64,000 nt of DNA from Eutreptiella sp. 'Long Island Sound 2002' (taxonomy: Eukaryota; Protista; Euglenida): contig OZ038378.1 in the NCBI GenBank assembly GCA_964036045.1, positions 141,422,001 to 141,486,000 of the forward strand, in the 5' to 3' direction. The notes beneath the pieces were generated by a model that made no database searches, was not told where the DNA came from, and saw only the letters and a list, made by a program, of their open reading frames with translations. The translations under genes and the position numbers were made by a program. Below, piece by piece: positions 39,956 through 54,900 of the stretch (positions within the stretch are counted from its first letter, which is position 1; the number at the start of each line of letters is the position of its first letter).

Positions 39956-42900
39956 TCTGTACTTTTAGAGGTGGATCCTTGTGCAGCGTTGGGCTGGACG
40001 CCTCATTTGGCTCAGGTCTGCTGAGGCCTCTTTGTGACGTTGTTTCCCTCCCTTCTGCGGAATCAGAACCTCTGTATTTTGCTGGCTAGGTATCCAGAGT
40101 GTTTGCTCTCCCGTGCCTCGTCACGAAAAGCGGGCGGACGACATCCTCGGCCACGGCCTCCTCCAGCCCCCGTGGAACTGGGGCTGGTGGGGACGGAGGG
40201 GGGGGCGTTTTCGGCCTCCTGCGTTTGGGGGCTGGAGGGGTGGGGGGTTGGTGTGGGGACCTCAGCAGACCCGTAGAGATACGTGCAGGCCCTTGCAGGC
40301 GTGGTCGTTTGTGGGGCAGTTGTGCATGTGCAGCAAGTGGGCGCTTCCGGCGCGCAGGCACTGGGGTGCACACTTTATGGTGTCCCCGCTGACAGCAGTG
40401 ACGCACTCCCCTTTGCTTGAGTGTGCACCTCGGGCACGGTGGCAGGCCATGCAGTGGGCACAGTTGCAGTTGCGGTCTGCGTGCTATGTGGTCATCAGCG
40501 TGATGTCCCAGCGCACAGCATGCTTCAGCTGTGCGCCGAAGTCTCTTGCAGGTCGTGCATGCGTCAGCAGAATGCTGGGCACACTTTGACGGATCAGCCG
40601 GCGGCGCCGGTGGTGGCGCCCTGTGTGTGTTTGCGCGCCTGCGTGTCCCGGTGTAGGGGCGCTGTGGGAGCTTCCCATCCCCTATCACAGGGAAGAAATC
40701 AGCTGCAAAGGAGGAGCAGCCCCCCCCCCCCCTTTGGCAAAAGTGGTCTGCTCCGAGGACGGAGCCAGCCCCAACTGCAGATTCCCCTGGAGTGCACGCT
40801 GTAGTCGATGCTCCTCCACTTCCTGCGCTGTTCTGCGTGGCCTATGTGTGTACGGGCGCAGTTTGTGTATTCTGTTGAGACCAACCTTGGTGGCCCACGT
40901 GCGCTCACAGTATGCCGCTAACTGCTGAACGTGCATGTTCATGGCACTGCGGCAGGTGAAATAGGGGCGGCAGTTCAGGCCGCAGAGTGCCGGCCCCCCC
41001 AAAGGAACTAAAGAGCTGCAGCGTGTGACCACACGCGCTGGATGCAAATGGCCTTTGGTGACCAGGCGCTGCGCATTTGCCATTGCCAGTCGTAAGACCC
41101 GGCCTCTCTCTTGCAGTGAAAGGGTGGTGCCCTTAAATTTTGCCTGTGGAGCGTGTGGGAGGGTGCGTTGCGCAAATTCCTCAAAGTCCAGTGCGAGTTC
41201 CAAGAACGTCACTGTGCCTGGCTCAGGGGCCCAGTGCAGTTCCCTCAGCCAGCATAGCAGGTCCGCCAAAAAGGGCATTTCCCACTGCCATTCCATCTTC
41301 TTAGGGGTACGCAAAAGAAGTAACCCTTTGTCTTCCGGTCTGGGGAGGGGTCCCACCAGTTGGTGGTACGGGTATTGCCGAAGCTGCTGTGAGAGGCTCG
41401 ACCCCATGTGTGTGTGTGTGTGTGTGTGACGCCCAAATCATTTAAATCTTGCACAAAGTGCGAAATCCTACTGCTAGATGCCACTGCGAGGCGACCGAAC
41501 AATGAGATCTGATGTTCATGTGCCCTGTCAACAGGCTTCAGAAACCGGGTGAGACGTTGAGCAAACATGCAACAAGAGGGGGTGGCGTGTTGGGCTCCTA
41601 CTGCAGCTTGCATCCCATCTCCGTGCGCCTGTGCTTCCCTGCGTGGAGGCCCCCTTGGGCATGTCTATGGTGCTATCGGCGGTCGCGCAGGCTGAGGCCC
41701 ACAGGTTCCACCTGAACCTGGAGCTCTTGTGCTGGAAGGGTTGGAGGTGGCTGGGGAGGGGGGGGGGGGGCTATGGGGGGTTGATCCACGGAATTGCCTC
41801 CCGCCCAAGCCCGCACCCAAGCCCGCCACCGCAGCCGCCCACCAGCAGCCACATCCCTAGACCCCCCGGGGCGCCTTCCTCAAGGCCCTGGGGGCGATCT
41901 GCCCCACCCTGGACACGCGGGGGATGGTATGTTTACTGTGTTCTAGAGGTGTTCTAGCGAAGCCACTTCGCCGCCGCCGCCGCTAGAAGTTCGCTAGAAC
42001 GTCACTAGAACTTTTCTTTGCTGTTTATTGTCACGGGTGGTGAGCCTCAAGGCCTACGGCCGTGACCTGCGTGGGGTTTGTGTGGAGTGGCGTGGCGGCG
42101 GCGGCCGCACGCATTGGGTGGGGGTAACACAGCTTGGGCACATGGTGGAGAATGACCCCAACATGACGTTCTCGGTGTTGCATGGGTTGGGTTGCTGGGA
42201 GGCGGGGAGGAGGGGGGGATGGACCCACAGCGCCGAGGGTGGGCGAGGCTGGGGGAGGAGGAGGAGAGCAGCAGCAGCAACAGCAACAGCAGCAGCAGCA
42301 ATAGCAGCAGCAGCAGCAGCAGTGGGAAGCCCCCCCCCCCCGGCCACCAAGCCCCCCCCTGCGCGAGCCCCCGAGAGGAAGCGGGCCTTTTCTTACCAAC
42401 GGGAGGGGGGGGGGGTCAAATGACAAGGGCAAGCACCCACTTTTTGGCTAGAGGCACAGCTCTTGGCCTACCCCCAATGGGGGGGGGGGGGTTCAACCTT
42501 AGGACGCACCCACCCAGAACCCATAGAAAGCAGTAGAGAATACCAACGCACCAGCAAGATGCCAACTTTGCTCCCTGTGCAGCATTCCCAGGCGTTCTCT
42601 GTGTGCCTGGAACTTCAAGTGTTCATGCATGGCATTGCCGTGGTCCGAAACCACCATGCCACATTTGCATGATACTTTCATGGTGAGGTCACACGGAACA
42701 GCAGGCACAGGTCACAGCACAACACAAACAACACCCCCATCGTTCAGGCGCCCTGACACCGACGTTCCTCAAAGGGGACAAAAAAAAAGGACCCACCAGT
42801 CACCTACCCCTACCCTAAGGCGGTGGGGGGTTGCATCTGAAGGAGGCCCAACTTTTTCATAAAGGCACACCCCCACCCCCCCCACCCCTGTCAGATAGGC

Positions 42901-45900
42901 AGGCCACTAAGCAAAGGCCCCCAAGCAAAGGCCGGAGAAGAAGCTGCAGGCCAAAAAAAAAAGTTTTGAGAGCGCTGAAAGAACGAGCGGGCAGTTTCAT
43001 TGGCGAAAGCACCGCAGTAGGTACAGAACAGCAAAAAAATGGCCGTTGACCGCTGGCAGTTGTGGGTCAACCATGGATAACAGAGCAACGGGCGCCGATA
43101 TGGCATCCTTGGGGTTGCTGCCTGCAATTCGACAGCAAAGGCCAACAGTTCCCAAGGAACATCGGACCTGCTGCGGCATGTTGCGGCCCGCTTCAAGCCG
43201 TTGGTGGGTCGTTGTGTGGATTTCGGAGGATCCTGGGGGAAATTCGCAAAGAAGTCCTGCAAATCGGGACAGCCCGGGTTTTCCAGGTAAGTGTCTGAGA
43301 AAGAAAATGCCTTCACAATGTCCCAGTGAAACATGTGCTGCTCAATTCCTGTTAAAGCATTGCCTCCAAACCAGAGGTACTGGTTGCAGCGGTCTGTTTC
43401 ACCGGAGGTGAGGTGGACGATCGGCCGCTCTGCTGCACTTGGGAGACATTGGCAACAATAGTAGGTCTTTGTTGAGGTGCCGGGTTCAGGGGTGGCCAGA
43501 CAGAGCTGTAACCTTGCGAGTTCAGGAACCAGATTTTTCGTGTAGCTGGAGGTGTTGACATTACATCAATGGCAAACCGACACTGAAGAGACGCAAACCT
43601 GGGACCCTACGGTAGACATGTGCAGTTGTAGGCACCAGCAATTGGGCCCGTTAGGCTGTGGCACGCGGCAAAACCCGCACCATTGGCTCCAAAACTCCAG
43701 TGCTACAGTATGCTGAGGCATGTAGCAACCGTTGGCGCTCGCTCAACAGAGCAGCGGCCAACCAGTGACTGCTGCCGAGTAAGGGCCAACTGTCAGCCTC
43801 ATCAACTTCCGTGGGATATGCACCTGGTGCGAACAGCTACTCTACCCCCACCATCAAGGGCCTGGGAGTGTCATGCATGAAGGAAAAAAAAAGAGCAAAG
43901 AAGGTCGATACCTCAAGGAGAGCCCTGTGTGCCATGGATGCCCCAAGATCGACCCCGGGGCTGTGCTGTTGAACGGGGTGTTGGGGGGTGCGGGGGCAGG
44001 GTGGTCCAGAGACCGGGGACAACGCCCTTGACATTGGAAAATAGCCACAAATGGCGAAATCTGTCGGCACCAAAATTGCCAAGAAAATTTTTTACCGACA
44101 AGCATGGGCCAAATGGTCAGCAGTACCAGAAACAACCCAAAAAAAAGTGTCCTGGTTTGTCCGGAGCTTGAAGGGGTTTTTCGCAAGGGGGCGAGTCTTG
44201 AGGGGGGAGGGCACCCTTGCCAAGAAATATGTTGCAGCTTTGGCCTGCCCCACCGCCCCCAGCCCGCTAGGCTTGGGGCCCTGGGAGGCAACTACTGGGG
44301 GTTGGGTTTGCTCCTCTAGGATTTTCGGGTGTCGTGACCTTTGCAGGACTGTAAGATGCAGCACCCCATGAATGCACGCACGGCCTGTCCCGCACCTGTA
44401 GATAGTGAGGTTCGTAACGGCCCCACGGCAGACTGAACCCCAGTACTGCGACAAGCCCCTCTCGCCACGTCTCCAAAGTGATCCGCTGGTCCCCTGAAAA
44501 ACGGTGCATGCGACGCCGTGGCATTTGCCGTATGGGCTACAGATCTCTTGGGGACACATCCGAACGATTGAGTTTCTGATCACGCACTCGAGGGCTTCAA
44601 GGGGGATGGAGGCTCCCCGAGCGTCCGGCCGGCGGACCGCATCAGGCGCCGTCTACGTCCCAAAGCAGAGCTGCGGTGTCGCAGGAGATGCCTGGCTCTG
44701 CTGCATGACATACATCACTGTACTACATGACTCACTGGCTCTGCTGCATGACATACATCACTGTACTACATGACTCACTGGCTGTGCTGCATGACATACA
44801 TGACTGTACTACATGACTCACTGGCTGTGCTGCATGACATACATGACTGTACTACATGACTCACTGGCTCTGCTGCATGACATACATGACTGTACTACAT
44901 GACTCACTGGCTGTGCTGCATGACATACATGACTGTACTACATGACTCACTGGCTGTGCTGCATGACATACATGACTGTACTACATGACTCACTGGCTGT
45001 GCTGCATGACATACATCACTGTACTACATGACTCACTGGCTCTGCTGCATGACATACATGACTGTACTACATGACTCACTGGCTGTGCTGCATGACATAC
45101 ATGACTGTACTACATGACTCACTGGCTGTGCTGCATGACATACATGACTGTACTACATGACTCACTGGCTGTGCTGCATGACATACATGACTGTACTACA
45201 TGACTCACTGGCTGTGCTGCATGACATACATGACTGTACTACATGACTCACTGGCTGTGCTGCATGACATACATCACTGTACTACATGACTCACTGGCTG
45301 TGCTGCATGACATACATGACTGTACTACATGACTCACTGGCTGTGCTGCATGACATACATGACTGTACTACATGACTCACTGGCTGTGCTGCATGACATA
45401 CATGACTGTACTACATGACTCACTGGCTGTGCTGCATGACATACATGACTGTACTACATGACTCACTGGCTCTGCTGCATGACATACATGACTGTACTAC
45501 ATGACTCACTGGCTGTGCTGCATGACATACATGACTGTACTACATGACTCACTGGCTGTGCTGCATGACATACATGACTGTACTACATGACTCACTGGCT
45601 GTGCTGCATGACATACATGACTGTACTACATGACTCACTGGCTGTGCTGCATGACATACATCACTGTACTACATGACTCACTGGCTCTGCTGCATGACAT
45701 ACATGACTGTACTACATGACTCACTGGCTGTGCTGCATGACATACATGACTGTACTACATGACTCACTGGCTGTGCTGCATGACATACATGACTGTACTA
45801 CATGACTCACTGGCTGTGCTGCATGACATACATCACTGTACTACATTAAAAACTGGCTGTGCTGCATGACATACATGACTGTACTACATGACTCACTGGC

Positions 45901-48900
45901 TGTGCTGCATGACATACATGACTGTACTACATGACTCACTGGCTGTGCTGCATGACATACATGACTGTACTACATGACTCACTGGCTGTGCTGCATGACA
46001 TACATGACTGTACTACATGACTCACTGGCTGTGCTGCATGACATACATCACTGTACTACATGACTCACTGGCTGTGCTGCATGACATACATGACTGTACT
46101 ACATGACTCACTGGCTGTGCTGCATGACATACATGACTGTACTACATGACTCACTGGCTGTGCTGCATGACATACATGACTGTACTACATGACTCACTGG
46201 CTGTGCTGCGTGACATACATGACGGTACTACATGACTCACTGGCTGTGCTGCATGACATACATGACTGTACTACATGACTCACTGGCTGTGCTGCATGAC
46301 ATACATGACTGTACTACATGACTCACTGGCTGTGCTGCATGACATACATCACTGTACTACATGACTCACTGGCTGTGCTGCATGACATACATGACTGTAC
46401 TACATGACTCACTGGCTGTGCTGCATGACATACATGACTGTACTACATGACTCACTGGCTGTGCTGCATGACATACATGACTGTACTACATGACTCACTG
46501 GCTGTGCTGCATGACATACATGACTGTACTACATGACTCACTGGCTGTGCTGCATGACATACATCACTGTACTACATGACTCACTGGCTGTGCTGCATGA
46601 CATACATGACTGTACTACATGACTCACTGGCTGTGCTGCATGACATACATCACTGTACTACATGACTCACTGGCTGTGCTGCATGACATACATGACTGTA
46701 CTACATGACTCACTGGCTGTGCTGCATGACATACATGACTGTACTACATGACTCACTGGCTGTGCTGCATGACATACATGACTGTACTACATGACTCACT
46801 GGCTGTGCTGCATGACATACATCACTGTACTACATGACTCACTGGCTGTGCTGCATGACATACATCACTGTACTACATGACTCACTGGCTGTGCTGCATG
46901 ACATACATGACTGTACTACATGACTCACTGGCTGTGCTGCATGACATACATGACTGTACTACATGACTCACTGGCTGTGCTGCATGACATACATGACTGT
47001 ACTACATGACTCACTGGCTGTGCTGCATGACATACATGACTGTACTACATGACTCACTGGCTGTGCTGCATGACATACATGACTGTACTACATGACTCAC
47101 TGGCTCTGCTGCATGACATACATGACTGTACTACATGACTCACTGGCTGTGCTGCATGACATACATGACTGTACTACATGACTCACTGGCTCTGCTGCAT
47201 GACATACATCACTGTACTACATGACTCACTGGCTCTGCTGCATGACATACATGACTGTACTACATGACTCACTGGCTGTGCTGCATGACATACATGACTG
47301 TACTACATGACTCACTGGCTGTGCTGCATGACATACATGACTGTACTACATGACTCACTGGCTGTGCTGCATGACATACATGACTGTACTACATGACTCA
47401 CTGGCTGTGCTGCATGACATACATGACTGTACTACATGACTCACTGGCTGTGCTGCATGACATACATCACTGTACTACATGACTCACTGGCTCTGCTGCA
47501 TGACATACATGACTGTACTACATGACTCACTGGCTGTGCTGCATGACATACATGACTGTACTACATGACTCACTGGCTGTGCTGCATGACATACATCACT
47601 GTACTACATGACTCACTGGCTGTGCTGCATGACATACATGACTGTACTACATGACTCACTGGCTGTGCTGCATGACATACATGACTGTACTACATGACTC
47701 ACTGGCTGTGCTGCATGACATACATGACTGTACTACATGACTCACTGGCTGTGCTGCATGACATACATGACTGTACTACATGACTCACTGGCTGTGCTGC
47801 ATGACATACATGACTGTACTACATGACTCACTGGCTGTGCTGCATGACATACATCACTGTACTACATGACTCACTGGCTGTGCTGCATGACATACATCAC
47901 TGTACTACATGACTCACTGGCTGTGCTGCATGACATACATGACTGTACTACATGACTCACTGGCTGTGCTGCATGACATACATGACTGTACTACATGACT
48001 CACTGGCTGTGCTGCATGACATACATGACTGTACTACATGACTCACTGGCTGTGCTGCATGACATACATGACTGTACTACATGACTCACTGGCTGTGCTG
48101 CATGACATACATGACTGTACTACATGACTCACTGGCTCTGCTGCATGACATACATGACTGTACTACATGACTCACTGGCTGTGCTGCATGACATACATGA
48201 CTGTACTACATGACTCACTGGCTCTGCTGCATGACATACATCACTGTACTACATGACTCACTGGCTCTGCTGCATGACATACATGACTGTACTACATGAC
48301 TCACTGGCTGTGCTGCATGACATACATGACTGTACTACATGACTCACTGGCTGTGCTGCATGACATACATGACTGTACTACATGACTCACTGGCTGTGCT
48401 GCATGACATACATGACTGTACTACATGACTCACTGGCTGTGCTGCATGACATACATGACTGTACTACATGACTCACTGGCTGTGCTGCATGACATACATC
48501 ACTGTACTACATGACTCACTGGCTCTGCTGCATGACATACATGACTGTACTACATGACTCACTGGCTGTGCTGCATGACATACATGACTGTACTACATGA
48601 CTCACTGGCTGTGCTGCATGACATACATGACTGTACTACATGACTCACTGGCTCTGCTGCATGACATACATGACTGTACTACATGACTCACTGGCTGTGC
48701 TGCATGACATACATCACTGTACTACATGACTCACCGGCTGTGCTGCATGACATACATGACTGTACTACATGACTCACTGGCTGTGCTGCATGACATACAT
48801 GACTGTACTACATGACTCACTGGCTGTGCTGCATGACATACATCACTGTACTACATGACTCACTGGCTCTGCTGCATGACATACATGACTGTACTACATG

Positions 48901-51900
48901 ACTCACTGGCTGTGCTGCATGACATACATGACTGTACTACATGACTCACTGGCTGTGCTGCATGACATACATGACTGTACTACATGACTCACTGGCTGTG
49001 CTGCATGACATACATCACTGTACTACATGACTCACTGGCTGTGCTGCATGACATACATGACTGTACTACATGACTCACTGGCTGTCCTGCACGACATACA
49101 TGACTGTACTACATGACTCACTGGCTGTGCTGCATGACATACATGACTGTACTACATGACTCACTGGCTGTGCTGCATGACATACATGACTGTACTACAT
49201 GACTCACTGGCTGTGCTGCATGACATACATGACTGTACTACATGACTCACTGGCTGTGCTGCATGACATACATGACTGTACTACATGACTCACTGGCTGT
49301 GCTGCATGACATACATGACTGTACTACATGCTTCACTGGCTGTGCTGCATGACATACATGACTGTACTACATGACTCACTGGCTCTGCTGCATGACATAC
49401 ATGACTGTACTACATGACTCACTGGCTGTGCTGCATGACATACATGACTGTACTACATGACTCACTGGCTGTGCTGCATGACATACATGACTGTACTACA
49501 TGACTCACTGGCTCTGCTGCATGACATACATGACTGTACTACATGACTCACTGGCTGTGCTGCATGACATACATGACTGTACTACATGACTCACTGGCTG
49601 TGCTGCATGACATACATGACTGTACTACATGACTCACTGGCTGTGCTGCATGACATACATCACTGTACTACATGACTCACTGGCTGTGCTGCATGACATA
49701 CATGACTGTACTACATGACTCACTGGCTGTGCTGCATGACATACATGACTGTACTACATGACTCACTGGCTGTGCTGCATGACATACATGACTGTACTAC
49801 ATGACTCACTGGCTGTGCTGCATGACATACATGACTGTACTACATGACTCACTGGCTGTGCTGCATGACATACATGACTGTACTACATGACTCACTGGCT
49901 GTGCTGCATGACATACATGACTGTACTACATGACTCACTGGCTGTGCTGCATGACATACATCACTGTACTACATGACTCACTGGCTGTGCTGCATGACAT
50001 ACATGACTGTACTACATGACTCACTGGCTGTGCTGCATGACATACATGACTGTACTACATGACTCACTGGCTCTGCTGCATGACATACATGACTGTACTA
50101 CATGACTCACTGGCTGTGCTGCATGACATACATCACTGTACTACATGACTCACTGGCTCTGCTGCATGACATACATGACTGTACTACATGACTCACTGGC
50201 TGTGCTGCATGACATACATGACTGTACTACATGACTCACTGGCTGTGCTGCATGACATACATGACTGTACTACATGACTCACTGGCTGTGCTGCATGACA
50301 TACATGACTGTACTACATGACTCACTGGCTGTGCTGCATGACATACATGACTGTACTACATGACTCACTGGCTGTGCTGCATGACATACATGACTGTACT
50401 ACATGACTCACTGGCTGTGCTGCATGACATACATGACTGTACTACATGACTCACTGGCTGTGCTGCATGACATACATGACTGTACTACATGACTCACTGG
50501 CTGTGCTGCATGACATACACCACTGTACTACATGACTCACTGGCTGTGCTGCATGACATACATGACTGTACTACATGACTCACTGGCTGTGCTGCATGAC
50601 ATACATGACTGTACTACATGACTCACTGGCTCTGCTGCATGACATACATGACTGTACTACATGACTCACTGGCTGTGCTGCATGACATACATCACTGTAC
50701 TACATGACTCACTGGCTGTGCTGCATGACATACATGACTGTACTACATGACTCACTGGCTGTGCTGCATGACATACATGACTGTACTACATGACTCACTG
50801 GCTGTGCTGCATGACATACATCACTGTACTACATGACTCACTGGCTGTGCTGCATGACATACATGACTGTACTACATGACTCACTGGCTGTGCTGCATGA
50901 CATACATGACTGTACTACATGACTCACTGGCTGTGCTGCATGACATACATGACTGTACTACATGACTCACTGGCTGTGCTGCATGACATACATGACTGTA
51001 CTACATGACTCACTGGCTGTGCTGCATGACATACATGACTATACTACATGACTCACTGGCTGTGCTGCATGACATACATCACTGTACTACATGACTCACT
51101 GGCTCTGCTGCATGACATACATGACTGTACTACATGACTCACTGGCTCTGCTGCATGACATACATGACTGTACTACATGACTCACTGGCTGTGCTGCATG
51201 ACATACATGACTGTACTACATGACTCACTGGCTGTGCTGCATGACATACATGACTGTACTACATGACTCACTGGCTGTGCTGCATGACATACATGACTGT
51301 ACTACATGACTCACTGGCTGTGCTGCATGACATACATGACTGTACTACATGACTCACTGGCTGTGCTGCATGACATACATCACTGTACTACATGACTCAC
51401 TGGCTGTGCTGCATGACATACATGACTGTACTACATGACTCACTGGCTGTGCTGCATGACATACATGACTGTACTACATGACTCACTGGCTGTGCTGCAT
51501 GACATACATCACTGTACTACATGACTCACTGGCTGTGCTGCATGACATACATGACTGTACTACATGACTCACTGGCTGTGCTGCATGACATACATGACTG
51601 TACTACATGACTCACTGGCTGTGCTGCATGACATACATGACTGTACTACATGACTCACTGGCTCTGCTGCATGACATACATGACTGTACTACATGACTCA
51701 CTGGCTGTGCTGCATGACATACATGACTGTACTACATGACTCACTGGCTGTGCTGCATGACATACATGACTGTACTACATGACTCACTGGCTGTGCTGCA
51801 TGACATACATCACTGTACTACATGACTCACTGGCTGTGCTGCATGACATACATCACTGTACTACATGACTCACTGGCTGTGCTGCATGACATACATGACT

Positions 51901-54900
51901 GTACTACATGACTCACTGGCTGTGCTGCATGACATACATGACTGTACTACATGACTCACTGGCTGTGCTGCATGACATACATCACTGTACTACATGACTC
52001 ACTGGCTGTGCTGCATGACATACATGACTGTACTACATGACTCACTGGCTGTGCTGCATGACATACATGACTGTACTACATGACTCACTGGCTGTGCTGC
52101 ATGACATACATCACTGTACTACATGACTCACTGGCTGTGCTGCATGACATACATGACTGTACTACTCACTGGCTGTGCTGCATGACATAGCTGTGTGTGT
52201 GCGTGTGTCCGTGTGTGTGTCTATGTGTGCGTGACGCCCAATGTATTCAATCAAAGCTCAAACTGCGAGGTTCAACATTCTTACTTCCTACCAATCATCA
52301 GCGAAATCGAACGTGTGTGTGTGTGTGTGTGTGTGTGTGGTCAGAGGTAGGTCGTCGCAAAGGGAGGAGCTTCCTGAATAGGAGGTCTACGACACCTGTG
52401 GTATCTTTCTTACTGTACAGCCAATGCAGGTCTTGGCGTTTTTCATAGAGCAGCTGTTTCAGCTTGTTCACGATCGCCTGAGGACCCACATTCGGGTCGC
52501 GCTGGTCCAGTGGTGACGTTGGGAGTGACGATGAAAACTGCGCTAATTTGGGGGCCCAGTGCTCGTGGAAGATGAGGCCCCTGTCGGAGGAAGGTAGGAG
52601 GACATGGGACTCCCTCCTCGTCCCTTTGAAGGCGCTCACCATTGACCAAACCGACGTGGGTTGTGCCACACAGCTCTTGCGAACCATCTCATCGATACAA
52701 TCCAATGCCTTACATTGATTCATGAAATACCATTTTCTTTTTTTCCTTTGAAATTGGGATCTGGTTCTGGTCCATTGAGGCCCGTCTGAAGGGGGGTGGG
52801 TCCTGAGTGGGCAACTCTGTTGGCCCCCGCAAAGGAGTGGCACCACCGCAGATAATGCTTATGCATGTGCAAAGTAGACAAAGCGTTGTCTCTTATTGTT
52901 TATCGACATGACGATCCTTTGTGAAATAACACCATATGTTTATGAGCAAGGTAAACTAGAAATAAGAGGGTGTTCTCAGTACTTTTTGCCTAATTAACAA
53001 CCGCGGCACCAATAGCATCATGTCGTTTGTCCCATGTAGCATCTGGTCACCAACTGTTGACACCAAATGAATGCGACCATAAATTGAACTACGAACCAAA
53101 TTAGGATACAGAACCTCTCAGCGCAGTGTCATATGCTAAATGAAATAAAACACCGCTAAAATCCACGGGAGGGTGCATATTGAAACCAAAGCGGAAATAT
53201 CACCAACCGGGCCTGAGACAAAAGGCTGAAACCAAGCAACAGTGTGGAGACAACACACTACTCCAACAACCCATCCGCCTCCATGAGCGCTAGTTCAATG
53301 TGCTCACGCATCCCATTTGGTATCCAATCCTCCCGTTATGCGTGCAATGCACATCGCATACTGTGCAGAATGTATGATCCACAATGTCCAAAATGTATGG
53401 CTTGTTCTTCTGCCCAAGACCACCTTGTTGTTTCACCAATAGCTTGGTCCCCTACTGATTACTACCACCGCCACCGAGGCGGGGCAACTAGCAAATTTTA
53501 CGTCTGCCCGCTTTCAGCAGCAGATAGGTTTTTTATCATTTCACCATTTTTATGGCAGCCGACCTTTCTCCATTCTCCATTCTCATGGCAGCATTGTATA
53601 CAAGTGCACACATATCGTAAACCGTATGTTTCTTGCTGTGTTGGATGATAGTGCAAAACAAACTCATATCCTTTGAGGACAAATGGCACTTATACTTGCA
53701 ATGACCAAACGCAACAATAGACACAGCGACGCAAGGTTGACTCTGTTGGGATGGAAAAGCTTTGATAGAGTTTCAGTGCTGCACGGCAGGAGCATACTTT
53801 GCTCATGGTATAAGGTGTATAAGGTATGTGGTACAAGGTTGCTAATGGCATGAGAGGGCACTCCAACAACACCACAAACCAACCAAACCAAAAGATTTGA
53901 AGAAACAAAGTACTGTGGTGTGGAGTATGCAGACGGGTAAGCCAATTGTGTCCTTGCACAACAGCCCTTTGCCCCATGCCAAATCTCCATGTACCATGGT
54001 AAAAATCACCTGCTTCCTAAACAACAAGCGGAGGGGAGCGGTGGGTAACATGTGGCCAATGGCAGACTCAAGCTCAAGCCGATCAAGTTTTTCACAAGTT
54101 GCGTTGTGTCAATTGTGTGGAGATCTGGAAAGCCATGTGTTCTTCTGTTACAAAAAACATCTTTGCACGTGTAAGACGCCATTGGACATAGCTCTTGCAC
54201 TCTTGCCCAGCTGGTGCTCTTGTTTCTTGTGTTCTTGCTTGGGGAACTTTTGCACCCTTCATAATTGAGGTGTGAATATGGCAATGAAATTAGGTTGCTT
54301 CGGAGTTTGCGATTGAGTCAGTAAACTCCGGTGTTGAAAGGTCCCTCATTTGGTATCGGGCTTCTTCGACGAATTGCATAACATTGGAAACAAACAACGT
54401 GAGAGAAGCCTCGAGGTCTTGGGGTTTAGATTGGTGCAAAGTCTTGGGTTGTTTTCAGTCAGTCAATTTCAATCAACTTGAAGGTTGTATAGCAAGTGAC
54501 AATGTGCTGTGTAACAAGTTGCATGAGTAGCGCTTGCAGCCGATAGGGCCATGTTGGTCGTTTAATGGCAACACAATTATGTTTCCCCTTGAGGCGATGA
54601 TGAATATGGAAGACAAATATTTGTATGGCCACCACAAGGATGTCGTCCGGTTGGAGTCATGGGGCTTGATGGAGGAGGATCTGGATTGGCGGTGGATTGG
54701 TGGTGGACTGGCGGTGGATTGGTGGTGGATTGGCGGTGGATTGCCGGCGGATTGGCGGTGGATTGGTGATGGATTGGTGGTGGATTGGTGGTGGATTGGT
54801 GCCTTACGCGTTTTCATGCCTTGCGCACAAAGGTAAAAAGGATGACTTTGCGGCCCACTTCCTCTGACCCCCGCCCCCGGGTGTGCAACGAACAATATGG

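Noticed and set aside
42891-43565. Open frame containing DVPWELL, considered as PPEF exon 7
   Set aside because: Wrong phase and no GT donor; the exon at 44396-44493 fits both neighbours and the LPW motif. Probably a transposon remnant.
44692-52189. CRISPR-like array
   Set aside because: Units are contiguous and identical with no unique spacers; the context is a eukaryotic intron; no cas genes.
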